The notes under the pieces were generated by a model. It was not told the origin of the DNA and did no database searches. It worked only from the letters and a program-made list of their open reading frames with translations. This document shows positions 13,284 through 24,291 of a DNA stretch of 39,516 nt, one piece after another; positions within the stretch are counted from its first letter, which is position 1; every line of letters starts with the position of its first letter. Where the stretch lies: contig NW_021835916.1 in NCBI RefSeq assembly GCF_006345805.1, forward strand, positions 1 to 39,516, read 5' to 3'. Position numbers and translations under genes: made by a program. The stretch comes from Octopus sinensis. Its lineage: Eukaryota.

Positions 13284-13312
13284 GTCTGTCTGTCTCTCTA
13301 TCTCTCTCTCTG

Positions 13313-13345
<33 letters not shown>

Positions 13346-13391
13346 TTTCTTCTATCTATCTGTCTGTCTGTTCTCTCTATCTCTCTCTCTG

Positions 13392-13446
<55 letters not shown>

Positions 13447-13476
13447 GTCTGCCTCTCTCTCTCTCTCTGTCTATCC

Positions 13477-13536
<60 letters not shown>

Positions 13537-13633
13537 GTCTGTCTGTCTGTCTCTCTATCTCTCTCTCTGTCTATCTATCTATCTATCTATCTGTCTATCT
13601 ATCTGTCTGTCTGTCTCTCTATCTCTCTCTCTG

Positions 13634-13692
<59 letters not shown>

Positions 13693-13777
13693 GTCTGTCT
13701 GTCTCTCTATCTCTCTCTCTGTCTATCTATCTATCTATCTATCTATGTGTCTATCTATCTGTCTGTCTGTCTCTTTA

Positions 13778-13818
<41 letters not shown>

Positions 13819-13884
13819 GTCTGTCTGTCTCTCTATCTCTCTCTGTGTCTATCTATCTATCTATCTATCTATCTATCAATCTAA
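13135..13884. repeat. Complex (TCTA)n array 4
   Basis: Same higher-order unit. It grades into (AT)n at ~13888. Confidence 0.97.
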
Positions 13885-13887
13885 CTA

Positions 13888-13904
13888 ATATATATTATAT
13901 ATAT

Positions 13905-13952
<48 letters not shown>

Positions 13953-14358
13953 TATAAATACATATTATATATGTATGTATACAGATCATCATCATCATCA
14001 TACTTGCTTGGCTCCGATAGATTATATTGAGGCAAATTTCCTGCAGCTGGATGCTCTCCCTATCGCCAACATTCTCCTCTTCTTTTCAAGGAAGCTAACA
14101 TTTGCCAAGAACAAGACATGTTCCCGCAGAATGTTGGAAATAAGAGACCCTGCTTATATGACAGTGGCACTCATTTACAACTATCACACATGTCAAGACA
14201 AAGAGACACTCACACACACACAAGCGTATACGCACTCACATATAAGATGAATACTCATATATATATATATATACATACACACACAATGAAGTCTGTGTGT
14301 GTCCGTGCGTATATATATGTATGGATATATACATACATACACATATATATATATATGC

Positions 14359-14413
<55 letters not shown>

Positions 14414-14440
14414 TATGCATTGGGATATGTATATATTTAT

Positions 14441-14473
<33 letters not shown>

Positions 14474-14480
14474 CATATAA
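13888..14480. repeat. Cluster of (AT)n, (AC)n, (GT)n and (CAT)n microsatellites
   Basis: Read directly from the sequence. Confidence 0.85.
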
Positions 14481-14882
14481 AGTAAGAAATTATAAGATGA
14501 ATATATTTCTTTCACCAGTTACATCGTTTCACAGAAATTTTTGTGTATGATAAATCTTTTTACATGTCTGCATTAGTGTATAGGTTATAAATCATACAGT
14601 GCCATCGTACAATTTACAAAGTAAAACAGGTATAAATGACAAGCACCTCAGTTCATAGAATATCATGTTTACATCCATTCTTCAATGCAATATACATATA
14701 CAAGAAGAGAATTTTATTTTTAAAATATTAATGTATGGAAGACAATAATTTACAAAGCAGTTTTTTATAGAAGAGAGAAGGTGATTTAGCAAGATATCAA
14801 AAAGGAAGCAGTAAATATACATACATGCATATACACTTATATATATATATATACTTATACATATATATATATATGTATATAT

Positions 14883-15395
14883 AAAATTAGGGTGGCTTAT
14901 GGGATTACCTTGGGTTTCCCATTCATAAAGGGTTTAGCTTTGTACCGTATCATAAGGCCCCAAAACCTGTTGGCCTAAGACCTCTTCAAAATATGGAAGG
15001 GGAAAAGCCTTGGATTTACGTTTTCTGCAAAAGATCCTTTCAGCTCCCTGGCAAGAGATTATCCCAGTGACCATGTGGTTCCTGTTAAATAGCTCACCAT
15101 TGAAGCGTTTCTACATATTCACTGAAACCACGGGTCTCCCATAAATATGAAAGAATTTGACCTCGGATACTCCAGCAATAACATCCCAAAGTCATCCAAC
15201 GAACTATACACCCGTATGCAGCTGGAAAAGCTATTGGACGTGATTAGGCGTATGAGGTGAAGGGCTTTTCCACCCTCCATATTTAGAAGAGGTCTTAGGC
15301 CAACAGGTTTTGGGGTCTAATGATACGCCATGAAGCTAAATCCTTTTTGGACCGGAAACCAAGGGTAATCCCGGAAACCGGCCTTCCCCAGTTTT
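14883..15395. mobile_element. Non-autonomous DNA transposon / MITE with ~125-bp imperfect TIRs
   Basis: 14883-15009 is the imperfect reverse complement of ~15260-15395. A 30-bp core is perfect: ccccaaaacctgttggcctaagacctcttc (14958-14987) against 15286-15315. No TSD could be fixed. Confidence 0.8.
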
Positions 15396-15542
15396 AAAAT
15401 ATACACTGCTCTGCATCTTAGAGTGTGCTTCTTCTCCGGATTTATCTTTTCTACAATCAAAACATATATATACATAGATATGTCATTATTCAGTTTATTT
15501 CCAGATATTCTATTTTTCCCTTTATGTCAACATCCGCTGGAC

Positions 15543-15610
15543 ATGTATGTATGTATGTATGTATGTATTATGTATGTATGTATGTATGTATGTATGTATG
15601 TATGTATGTA

Positions 15611-15649
<39 letters not shown>

Positions 15650-15730
15650 TGTGTGTGTGCGTGCGCGTGCATGTGTGTGTGTGTGTACGCACGTCTGTCT
15701 GTATGTCTGCACACACACATACACACACAC
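15543..15730. repeat. (ATGT)n-(GT)n-(AC)n compound microsatellite
   Basis: Read directly from the sequence. Confidence 0.9.
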
Positions 15731-15868
15731 GTTATGATATAATTTTCACTTAGTCTACCTCAGGAATTTCACGGTTTTTTGAGTTTTATTACAAATGGGG
15801 GATTGGGAAATGGAGTATTGACCCATTTTGCATCGGACACTTGTGGGTTGGATACTGTATAATTGGAT

Positions 15869-16070
15869 GTGTTGCATCCTCCAGTGCAGATGCATCTCAT
15901 CTGGTGTCTTGTTTTACAGAAGAAACCTTACTAAATATTCTCGGTTTCGCTTGGCATGTTGTTGCCAGGAGGTTGTTGGCTATAATGCTATAATCCAAGA
16001 ACCTACTGACAACAACAACATACCAAGCGACACCGAGAACTTTCCCACCTGCAAGGAATCGATGCAACAC
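15869..16070. repeat. Imperfect fold-back (palindromic) element
   Basis: The arm 15940-15974 pairs with 16000-16037 (one 3-nt bulge). The outer pair gtgttgcatc (15869-15878) / gatgcaacac (16061-16070) is also complementary. Confidence 0.7.
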
Positions 16071-16214
16071 GGGTCAAACCAATGGTTGTGATGGATAAAG
16101 TTTCTCGTGAACTTCATTTTACATATTCCTCATTCAACATATATATTTATATATCCAACAGTAATGTATATAAATCTCTCCCTCTCTCTCTCTCTCTCTC
16201 TCACTATATATATA

Positions 16215-16271
<57 letters not shown>

Positions 16272-16699
16272 AGTGTCTCTGTGTATGTGTGTGTGCACGC
16301 GCATTAATTTCATGGTGGTGGACACTAACCACCTCAACAGTTTTATGAACCTCTTATTAATTATAGCAACATCAAAAGTATACTTTAGAAATTTTGATTC
16401 TTCTTTACTAGTCTTGATCTGTTAATCATGTGTTCACTCGTGTTCAGCTCCCCTAAAACTTACTATAGTTAGGAAGAAAGGTAGATTAAGCTGAAACAAT
16501 CTATTTAGGACATCTTTATCCTGTCTAGAACACATTCTCATAGCAACATCTAGAGGATCTTACGAAGGTTGATTTTACGGACAAAATCAAATGTACATGA
16601 TCAGTTTGATCAAGTATACAGTAGAAGACAATAATGACACATTGATATCCATCCTGATTTTCATGTAAATTTTCATTTTCTATTTTTACTTCCACAAAG

Positions 16700-16909
16700 G
16701 GTTCTGTTCAGTTGGATATTCAAAACAATCAGAAAAGGACACCATTGCTTGAAGCCGTTTCCCAGGGTCACCTCGGAATGACACACAAGCTTATAGCCCT
16801 GGGTGCAAACATAAATGCTGTTGATGGTGAAGGTAACAGCTGTTTGCACCTGGCCGTGGAAAGAAAAGTGTTTGATTCCAAGGATGCACCCTTGGATTTA
16901 CTAAACGAA
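16700..16909 (+). CDS. Ankyrin-repeat exon (70 aa) of host gene, MIB2-like ankyrin region
   Basis: AG at 16698-16699, GTAAGT at 16910, phase 0/0. Translation GSVQLDIQNNQKRTPLLEAVSQGHLGMTHKLIALGANINAVDGEGNSCLHLAVERKVFDSKDAPLDLLNE contains TPLLEA and SCLHLA ankyrin motifs. Confidence 0.9.
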
Positions 16910-16931
16910 GTAAGTTTTTAAATTGTTTGCG

Positions 16932-16970
<39 letters not shown>

Positions 16971-17149
16971 TCGTGTGTCTCTGTGTGTCTGTGTGAATTT
17001 GAGTATTTGTGAGTCTTTGTGTGAGTGTGAGAAAGAGACAGACAAGCAGACAAACTTTGGTTGTCATGTATCAATTCTCCCCTATCAACCCCATCCTCCA
17101 TTACCATTCCGTGATCCAGTCTCCCCTTGTGACCCGAGTGATATTATGT

Positions 17150-17558
17150 AACAAACAATATTCCATCTCCTTTCACTCTCGAAGATGTCGTCTCACCACG
17201 GTCGAGAGGTGACCCATCTCGGTTGTTGGCCATATAAACACAGCCATCACAATGTGACGGAGAAGTGGCCTATTTAAAAGAGGAGATATTATTCTCAATT
17301 AACAATGATGCAAGATAGAAGAGATGTCTGAGCTTTATAGTGCTGGTGCCATGGTAAATACATCCAGTCCATTCTATGGAGAATTCTGAGTGAAACTGCT
17401 CTCTATCCTACTTCTTGTACACGACATGAATCCACTGACTTCTTGTGGACATGTCATAACAATGTTCAATGTTAAGACGCTAGAGAATGAATACAATAAA
17501 GCATGGTCCTTAGTGAGTTTTCCAGTATTTAAGTTCTGTACTTAGGCACACACACACA
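17150..17558 (+). mobile_element. Possible solo-LTR-like or other dispersed repeat
   Basis: TATA-like tatttaaaag at 17271-17280, AATAAA at 17495-17500, ends in CA repeats. Its last 50 bp recur inverted at 280-329, showing it is repeated. The 5' boundary is uncertain. Confidence 0.35.
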
Positions 17559-18539
17559 ACACACACCAACACACACACACACACACACCCACACACCACA
17601 CCACTCACACACCCTCACACAGACAAACACACACAAGTAGTGATTTTAAGTTTGAGTATATATCTTGTAAAATGCTGTTTAAAGCCCGTTCACTGTATTC
17701 GGCTATCTGATGTCATCAACAGTATGGACTTCAATACTTCTGGACTTTTTGCTGTCATCTCATAAATGAAGCAGTTTTTTATAATCCTTATATTTTTCAA
17801 AATTAAGATAAACAAAGTACTTTTTTCTGTTAATCTAAAACATATTCTCCTTCATTTTCTACAATGCTCTTCCATCTATCTGGTAGACTTGCAAGTCGCC
17901 TCTTCCAAAATTCACTTGTCCGTGATTAAAAATACTCCTCCATTACTTTTCTGACTTGACACTAATTCCTGCTTCCTTTACTTTACCGTCATCATTCAAA
18001 GATGCTTCTTGCTTAATTATGGAAACATTATTGATATGTTTGGTCATATCTGTGTGGGATTGACTTTGTTATGTTATAGGTGTTTTTGTTTCTGATATAA
18101 CTTATGTTCTTTCTTCTCATGTTGTGTTATATTTATATATACAATACTCTTTCTTATGGCCACATGCTCGCCTTTATCAAGCCAATTATATAGATAGGTT
18201 CTTGTTGGTTTGTTCTTCCTAAATTTGACTTTCTATTGAATATTGACAAGTAAATATTTACTCATTAATAAATAAGCTTGATGTTAATCAATACGGTTTT
18301 CTCCTGCTCAATGTAATGACAATATTTAGAGGTGTCTCAGTGTTAAAATAAAGTAAAAACATGAAAATGGGAAATGGACTCAATTAAAGATTATGTAGGA
18401 ACTCAATACTTTGTAATTGCTTTAATTAGTGGATAAACAAGCTATGAGTAAATTTAGATGAACTTTTGTGTAATTAGGGGCATTTGTTTTGAATATTTGT
18501 GTAATATTGTCATAATTTTTATTTATTCATCATTTGTAG

Positions 18540-18711
18540 TGCTGCACTTCCCTTACCTGAAGAGGATGAAATGCTCTCTGGTGTAGTGGTAGGTAGATAT
18601 CTCGCCAGCCAGGGAGCGGACTTTCACCATAAAAACAACAAATATAACACACCATTTGACCTCATTAAGGACCCAAATTTGAGAAAAATTAGAAGCATTT
18701 TTACCACCACA
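18540..18711 (+). CDS. Last ankyrin-region exon of host gene, frameshifted as assembled
   Basis: AG at 18538-18539, GTAAGT at 18712. The core reads EDEMLSGVVVGRYLASQGADFHHKNNKYNTPFDLIKDPNL (ankyrin GAD...N...TP). The flanking exons need phase 0 to 2 (3n+2 nt), but the exon is 172 nt. Confidence 0.75.
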
Positions 18712-19424
18712 GTAAGTATTTCCTGGCAATGGAACAGATAAACCAGTACATTTTCTATTTTGTATATAATCATGTTTATATGTTTATTTCGTTTTAATTC
18801 TACCCATACATTATACTGTCGCTAGTGTTTTTGTCAAAGGCCACACAATAAACAATATGCAGTTGTCAGGAGATCAAAGAAAGAACACGATTTAGATTAC
18901 ATTCACATGATTCGTAGTGTTGCCAGTTATACTTCACTGTCCATCACCACCTACCCCTCTTCGTTCCCTATTTTAAAGATTTGTGATCAATACGAAAATA
19001 TAGATCTAAATAATGAAGTGAATGAATTCCATTTTGAAACTGTTACTTAGAATTAAGTGGAATTTATCTGTCTACCAACATCTTTTTCTCACTCTTCTAT
19101 GTCCGAATCAGTCAATATTAAGAATGATTTCATAGAAAAATAACCTACAAACACACACCAACTGTGTATATATTATATTTCTGCAAATACTGATGGAATA
19201 TTGCCACATATCTTCATAGAGAAAAAAACCTGCCAGGAAACGTAAATAATTCAAGTAACACATATACCATTACTAGGTGTTTTAGTCGCCTTTCACTCCC
19301 GTATTTTATAAGGTTTGGCAATTTCGTTGCCATACATCTCTCTGTATGAGCTACTTAAGAAGCAGACACATTTCCCCCTCAGTGAATATACAAAACTTTC
19401 TTTGTCTGTTGAAATTTAAATATC

Positions 19425-19625
19425 ACTCTTTTACTTGTTTCAGTCATTTGACTGCGGCCATGCTGGAGCACTGCCTTTAGTCGAAAAATTCGACCCCAGA
19501 TCTTATTCTGTGTAAGCCTAGTACTTATTTGCTGAAACGCTAGATTACGGGAACGTAAACACACCAACATTGGTTGTGAAGCGATGGTGGAGGGACAAAC
19601 ACAGACAGACAATTTACACAACCAC

Positions 19626-19691
<66 letters not shown>

Positions 19692-19850
19692 ATGGGCTTC
19701 TTTCAGTTTCCCTCTACCAAATCCACTCAAAAAGCATTGGTCAGTCCGAAGCTATAGTAAAGTCACTTGCCGAAAGTGCCACGCAGTGGGACTGAACCCA
19801 GAACCATGTGGTTGGTAAGCAAGCTACTTACCACATCTACTCCTGCGCCT
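19425..19850 (-). mobile_element. tRNA-derived SINE with internal (AT)n expansion
   Basis: The minus-strand head aggcgcaggagtagatgtggtaagtagc...gggttcagtccc has A-box- and B-box-like motifs. A second remnant of the body lies at 3491-3620. Confidence 0.75.
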
Positions 19851-20099
19851 ATTGTTCAGAGATATTGATTTTTGGTCTGCATAAATATAGATCTGTTTTC
19901 TTCAATTGACAAGCCTCAGAAGATTTTCTCTACTTTACAAATGATCGTTTATGTGAATGTTGTAATAATAATATAATGTCTATAGAGCGCAGCTGAAGTT
20001 ACTGGAAAGGGGCAAATAGGGGACAGAAAACTGCAATTAGTCAAAGAAAGGCAGCAATGGAAGCTAGAAGTAGATGCACGATACATATAATAAAACAAC

Positions 20100-21430
20100 C
20101 CGAAAGGAGGGAAACAGTAAAAGAGTTATATCAAAGAAAGAAGACATAGGTACATCAGGAAGAGTGTTAGGGAATTTCAGGAAATATGGAAGTTTTGAAG
20201 AATGCAGTGTCCTGATATCTAACAAGAGATATCAGTTTATTTCATGCTTCAAAAATTCTGAACAGCGAAAAATATTTCTGAAAGTCATGGGTGCTGCACT
20301 GCTTTTCTCTTTGTTCTAAGCATGTCTGCTGGTGTTGGAGAAATTGCTTTCAAAACGATTACCAAAGTTGTTGTTGGGAAGATGATGGATATTCTTGTGG
20401 GATTCCACTGAGTCAGCTGTTAGACATCCAAATTTTAATGTACTCAGATGATACCGAGAGAAACAATACATTCAAGATATGGTGAGTGACAGAGTGTATT
20501 TGCCTAGCTGTACGTAATATTCTAGACAGGATGGGGTTCCAGATTGGAGGTGAATACCGTAAGTTTGGACATACCATTTCCCATACGTAACTTTAAACAG
20601 ACAACTTGACAAAGTGCAAGACAAAGCGTTTTCAGAGAGATGCTAAGATACTTTCGATCTTTTTGATGACTTTAGGAATGGGAATCATCCGTCAAATGTC
20701 CTTCTTGACATTAATCCCGAGGTCCAGTTCACCAGTAGACTTCTGAAGTTGGGTGTTGTGGAGGAAATTGGTAAATTCTGAGTTTACCTTCCATAATGTA
20801 TAGTGGTGCACCTATCTACAACTAGCTTGATTTAGACAGCACCTTGCTGCAAATGTCCAGATGAGGCTGAAGCAATGATCTGTAGCGTAGAGTAACCTGC
20901 TTCAGTTTGGCATCAATTAAATTAATACATTTCCAGAACAACAATGGACTAAAACAGATCCTACCAATCTTCAGGTGTGATTCTATAGTATCATTACACT
21001 GTGACTACTTCTTGTTAAGCAAGAATGAACGACATCAGAGATTTAAGTAAATTAATCCTCACCCAAAATCAGACAGCTTCAACATAATTCGTTTGTGTGG
21101 CAGAGAATTAAAGGCTTTGGTGAAGTCGAGGTAAATAACATCTACCCAAAAGCCACAATATGTTATTTAGGTGATTGTCTTGAAGAAATTCTGTGAGTTG
21201 GTTACAGCAGCTAGAATTAGGGAAAAATCCAAATTGTGAGGATGGAATAAGGTTATGTGAATTCCAGATTCTTCAAAGTATCTCTCTCTGTCACAGAACA
21301 CCATAAATTTGATGAGGCAGCTAATGAAAATGATTGGACAATAATTGGTAGTTATTAAGGGGTCACCTTTTTAATACTCTTCTTGGATAAGGAAATGACA
21401 GTGGCAATTTTCCATAGTTTTGTAGTCAGC
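20100..21430 (-). mobile_element. Old, decayed CR1/L2-like LINE RT remnant
   Basis: The reverse complement of 21092-21145 reads VDVIYLDFTKAFNSLPHK. Other fragments are QFGF and YSPPIWNP. There are many stops and indels, and the boundaries are approximate. Confidence 0.7.
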
Positions 21431-21489
21431 CAAATTAGAAGAGGAGAAAAATTTAATGTAGTAGAAAAGAAGATGTCACATTTAAGGAA

Positions 21490-23264
21490 CAAATATACGA
21501 CGCCATCAATAAAGGGGAAGCATCGTGACACATAATCAACAGGTGTATCGATTGAGGACCCTTATCAGCAGAGTTAGTTATTTGCCGAGGCTTTTTCGAC
21601 AATTTTCAAACAAGATGATGGTCGTGAACCCCCTCCATTTGATAGATGGGTACCTCCAATGCCTAGATTGGTCATCACTCGGGACGAAGTCGAACGCGTT
21701 ATTCAAGGCCTCGATATCAACAAGGGTCACGGCCCTGATGGCATACACCCACAGGTTATCAAAGCGTTGGCTCCGGTCATCTGCCAACCTTTAACACTTC
21801 TATTCAATATGTCATTAGCGACGGGTGTTGTACCTGCGGACTAGAGAACAGCGATAATCTGCCCTATTTTCAAGAAAGGGTGCCGCAAAGACCCACTTAA
21901 CTACCAACCGGTTTCCCTTACTTCAATATTCAGCAAGATATTCGAAACCATCCTTAAGAAAAGTATGTTGCTCCACCTCCAAAACACAGCCTCTATCTCT
22001 GATTCCCAACACGGCTTCGTGCTGAAGAGATCATGCTTGACCAGCTTTCTGGTAATGGAAGAATTGGTGGCGCGTATCCTGGATGATGGTGATGCTGTTG
22101 ACATCGTTTTATTGGACTTTGCCAATGCTTTTGACTCGGTTAACCACCGCCTATTACTTGTCAAGCTTCAAGCATATAGTTTCCATCCGGATATTGTACG
22201 ATGGGTTGGTGCCTTCCTCTCAGATCGCTCCTTCCAAGTCCAATTTAATGGTTCGCGGTCCGACGTCTCCAGTGTGAGCAGTGGCGTGCCTCAATGTTCA
22301 GTGCTTGGGCCGTTATTATTTTTAGTCTTCGTAAATGACTTGCCCGACGACCTCACGCAACACACCCTTCTATTTGCCGACGATGTCAAACTGGTTGCTC
22401 CTCACAGTGATATAGAGGATCTTCGTCGATGCCTCCACCAAGTTCGGAGGTGGTCAAACAAACGGGACCTGTGTCTGAACGTGTCAAAGTGCGGTCATCT
22501 GCCTGTTGGCTCTCCTCCTGCAACTCAACTTGATTTCGAGCCGGGTCGTCTGCTGCTGGAGATGACCGATCAGGTAAAGCACCTGGGTATCTTGGTGGAT
22601 TCCTCCTTTTCGCCTTCGGCCCAGTGCGTCCATGCTGCCAACAAAGCACGCGGAATTCTGTTCTTGATTCAACGGTCATTCGGAATGCTCACAGCAGCCA
22701 TATTCCTACCACTCTATGTCATGCTGGTGAGACCCATATTGGAGTATGGGATTCAAGCCTCTTCTCCTTATCTCCTCAAAGACATACAGCATCTCGAAAG
22801 AGTCCAGAAGCTGGCTACCCGCATGGTTCTTGGTCTTAAGCATTTGTCTTATGAAGAAAGGCTGAAGACGCTCGACCTTTATTCTCTAGAAAAACGACGA
22901 CGCCGTGGTGATCTCATTCTTGCTCACAACATCATAAGCAGAAAGTGTAACCTCTCGAAAGAGCAGTTCTTTACTCCTGCTCCAGAGCGTCGGCTGCGGG
23001 GTCATTCCGAAAAGCTCTATCTACGACAATTTCATCTCAATCGAAGGAGAGGGGCTTTCTCCGTCCGGGTTGCGGGTCCGTGGAATAAGCTGCCGGACGA
23101 CATAGTGAAGATGTCGACGACCACTCGGTTCAAAGTCTCTCTTGACCAGAAATGGTCTGAACTCTTTGTATGACCACCCTCTCTGTACATAACTCCCTAT
23201 CCTCCTACATAACCTTTGAGCCAATAAAAAAAGGAATTGAAAAAAATATTGAATTGAATTGAAT
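21490..23264 (+). mobile_element. 5'-truncated CR1-clade LINE (RT pseudogene)
   Basis: One frame runs 21659-23173 with an in-frame TAG at 21842-21844. Motifs: GPDGIHP, YQPVSLTS, QHGF, LLDFANAFDSVNH, SGVPQCSVLGP, LFADDVKL, HLERVQKLATR. AATAAA at 23223-23228 and an (ATTGA)n tail at 23248-23264. Confidence 0.9.
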
Positions 23265-23289
23265 ATGTATATATATATACATATATGAT

Positions 23290-23470
23290 AGATCGCTAGC
23301 CACTACACATTCTTAATTTTCTCTCCTTGTTTCCTTCTGTATTCCTTCCTGTTGAAGAGTGTAGGCTCGAAACTTTAAAGACTTTTTCACTTCCCGAGCG
23401 TTAAACTTATACATATGTTTGTTGTCTACACTACTTGTCTTCGTCTTGTTTTTTCTTTTCGTGAATTCCT
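23290..23470. mobile_element. Fragment of a dispersed repeat, possibly a Penelope-like element end
   Basis: gttgaagagtgtaggctcgaaac...cttcccgagcgttaaac resembles a common repeat I recall from Octopus. There is only one copy here, so the call is unverified. Confidence 0.3.
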
Positions 23471-24151
23471 CTCTCACTCTCTCTCTCTGTATATGTATAT
23501 GTATATGTATATATATAAGTAATACTCGTAGGCCACGCCAGCGTGACTATCTGTTCCAATGGACTCCACTGCGAATTTTGAACCCCAAGAGACAACTCCT
23601 CCAGTTGGTTAACAATGCGGAACTGCATCCGATAAATTGCAAGCAGGGGAGCGAACCCCTACCATCTTCTAGGGATGTGTCTAGCTGACCAGTACTAGTT
23701 TCGGGTAATTTCTGCCACTCTGCAGTGCTGGAAACCTCATCTGCTAATCTGTGTTGACGGAATGTATACAATACAGTATGTGTATATAAAGAAACCTGTG
23801 TAGATATATTTCTTCAGAAGAAATGAGTTCGATGTTAGAAGTGAAATATATTTCTGGAAGATATGCAGTTCACTGTGTGTCAACCAATTTCTATGATGTA
23901 TCAGGGTCAAGACAAACATTTATCAATGTATGTATGCATGTGTGTGTATGTATGTGTGTGTGTGTGTGTGTGTTTCTGCGTCATTTAACTACACAAAATG
24001 CTGTATGTATGTAAATGTTTAAAGAAGAGTTTCTGCTCTACTCTTGGTAGTTACTGATGTATCTTATAATATTCTCTATTCCGAACATGTAAATAAATAA
24101 TATTTGTTATAAATGAATGTTATTGATTGGATATTTCTGTTTTATCCACAG

Positions 24152-24291
24152 ATGTTTGTGGTGCAGAAATAAAGCGGCCACAACAAAAGTTCATCCATGT
24201 GGACACCTTGTAATATGTAAGGGATGTTCAAACGTTACACTTCAACGATGTTTGAAGTGCGGGAAACCTGTAACGAGCAGAACTGGAGATG
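24152..24291 (+). CDS. C3HC4 RING-finger exon of host gene
   Basis: CAG acceptor (AG 24150-24151), GTAAG donor at 24292, phase 2 to 1. Translation CLWCRNKAATTKVHPCGHLVICKGCSNVTLQRCLKCGKPVTSRTGD fits C-x2-C...PCGH...C-x2-C...C-x2-C. Confidence 0.9.

Noticed and set aside
14118-16348. YI, CV and HT repeat ORFs
   Set aside because: They derive from (AT)n, (GT)n, (AC)n and (ATGT)n microsatellites.
19770-19850. tRNA-like sequence on the minus strand
   Set aside because: It is the SINE head (A/B-box-like motifs only) and does not form a full cloverleaf.
23349-23385. Hammerhead-ribozyme-like string ctgttgaagagtgtaggctcgaaac
   Set aside because: The core deviates from CUGANGA, and I could not build stems I and III or a UH cleavage site in this copy.
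16700-24291. Assigning the gene symbol MIB2
   Set aside because: The ankyrin-RING region resembles Mind bomb, but no MIB/HERC2 or ZZ domain is visible here and a death-like exon follows, so orthology is unsupported.
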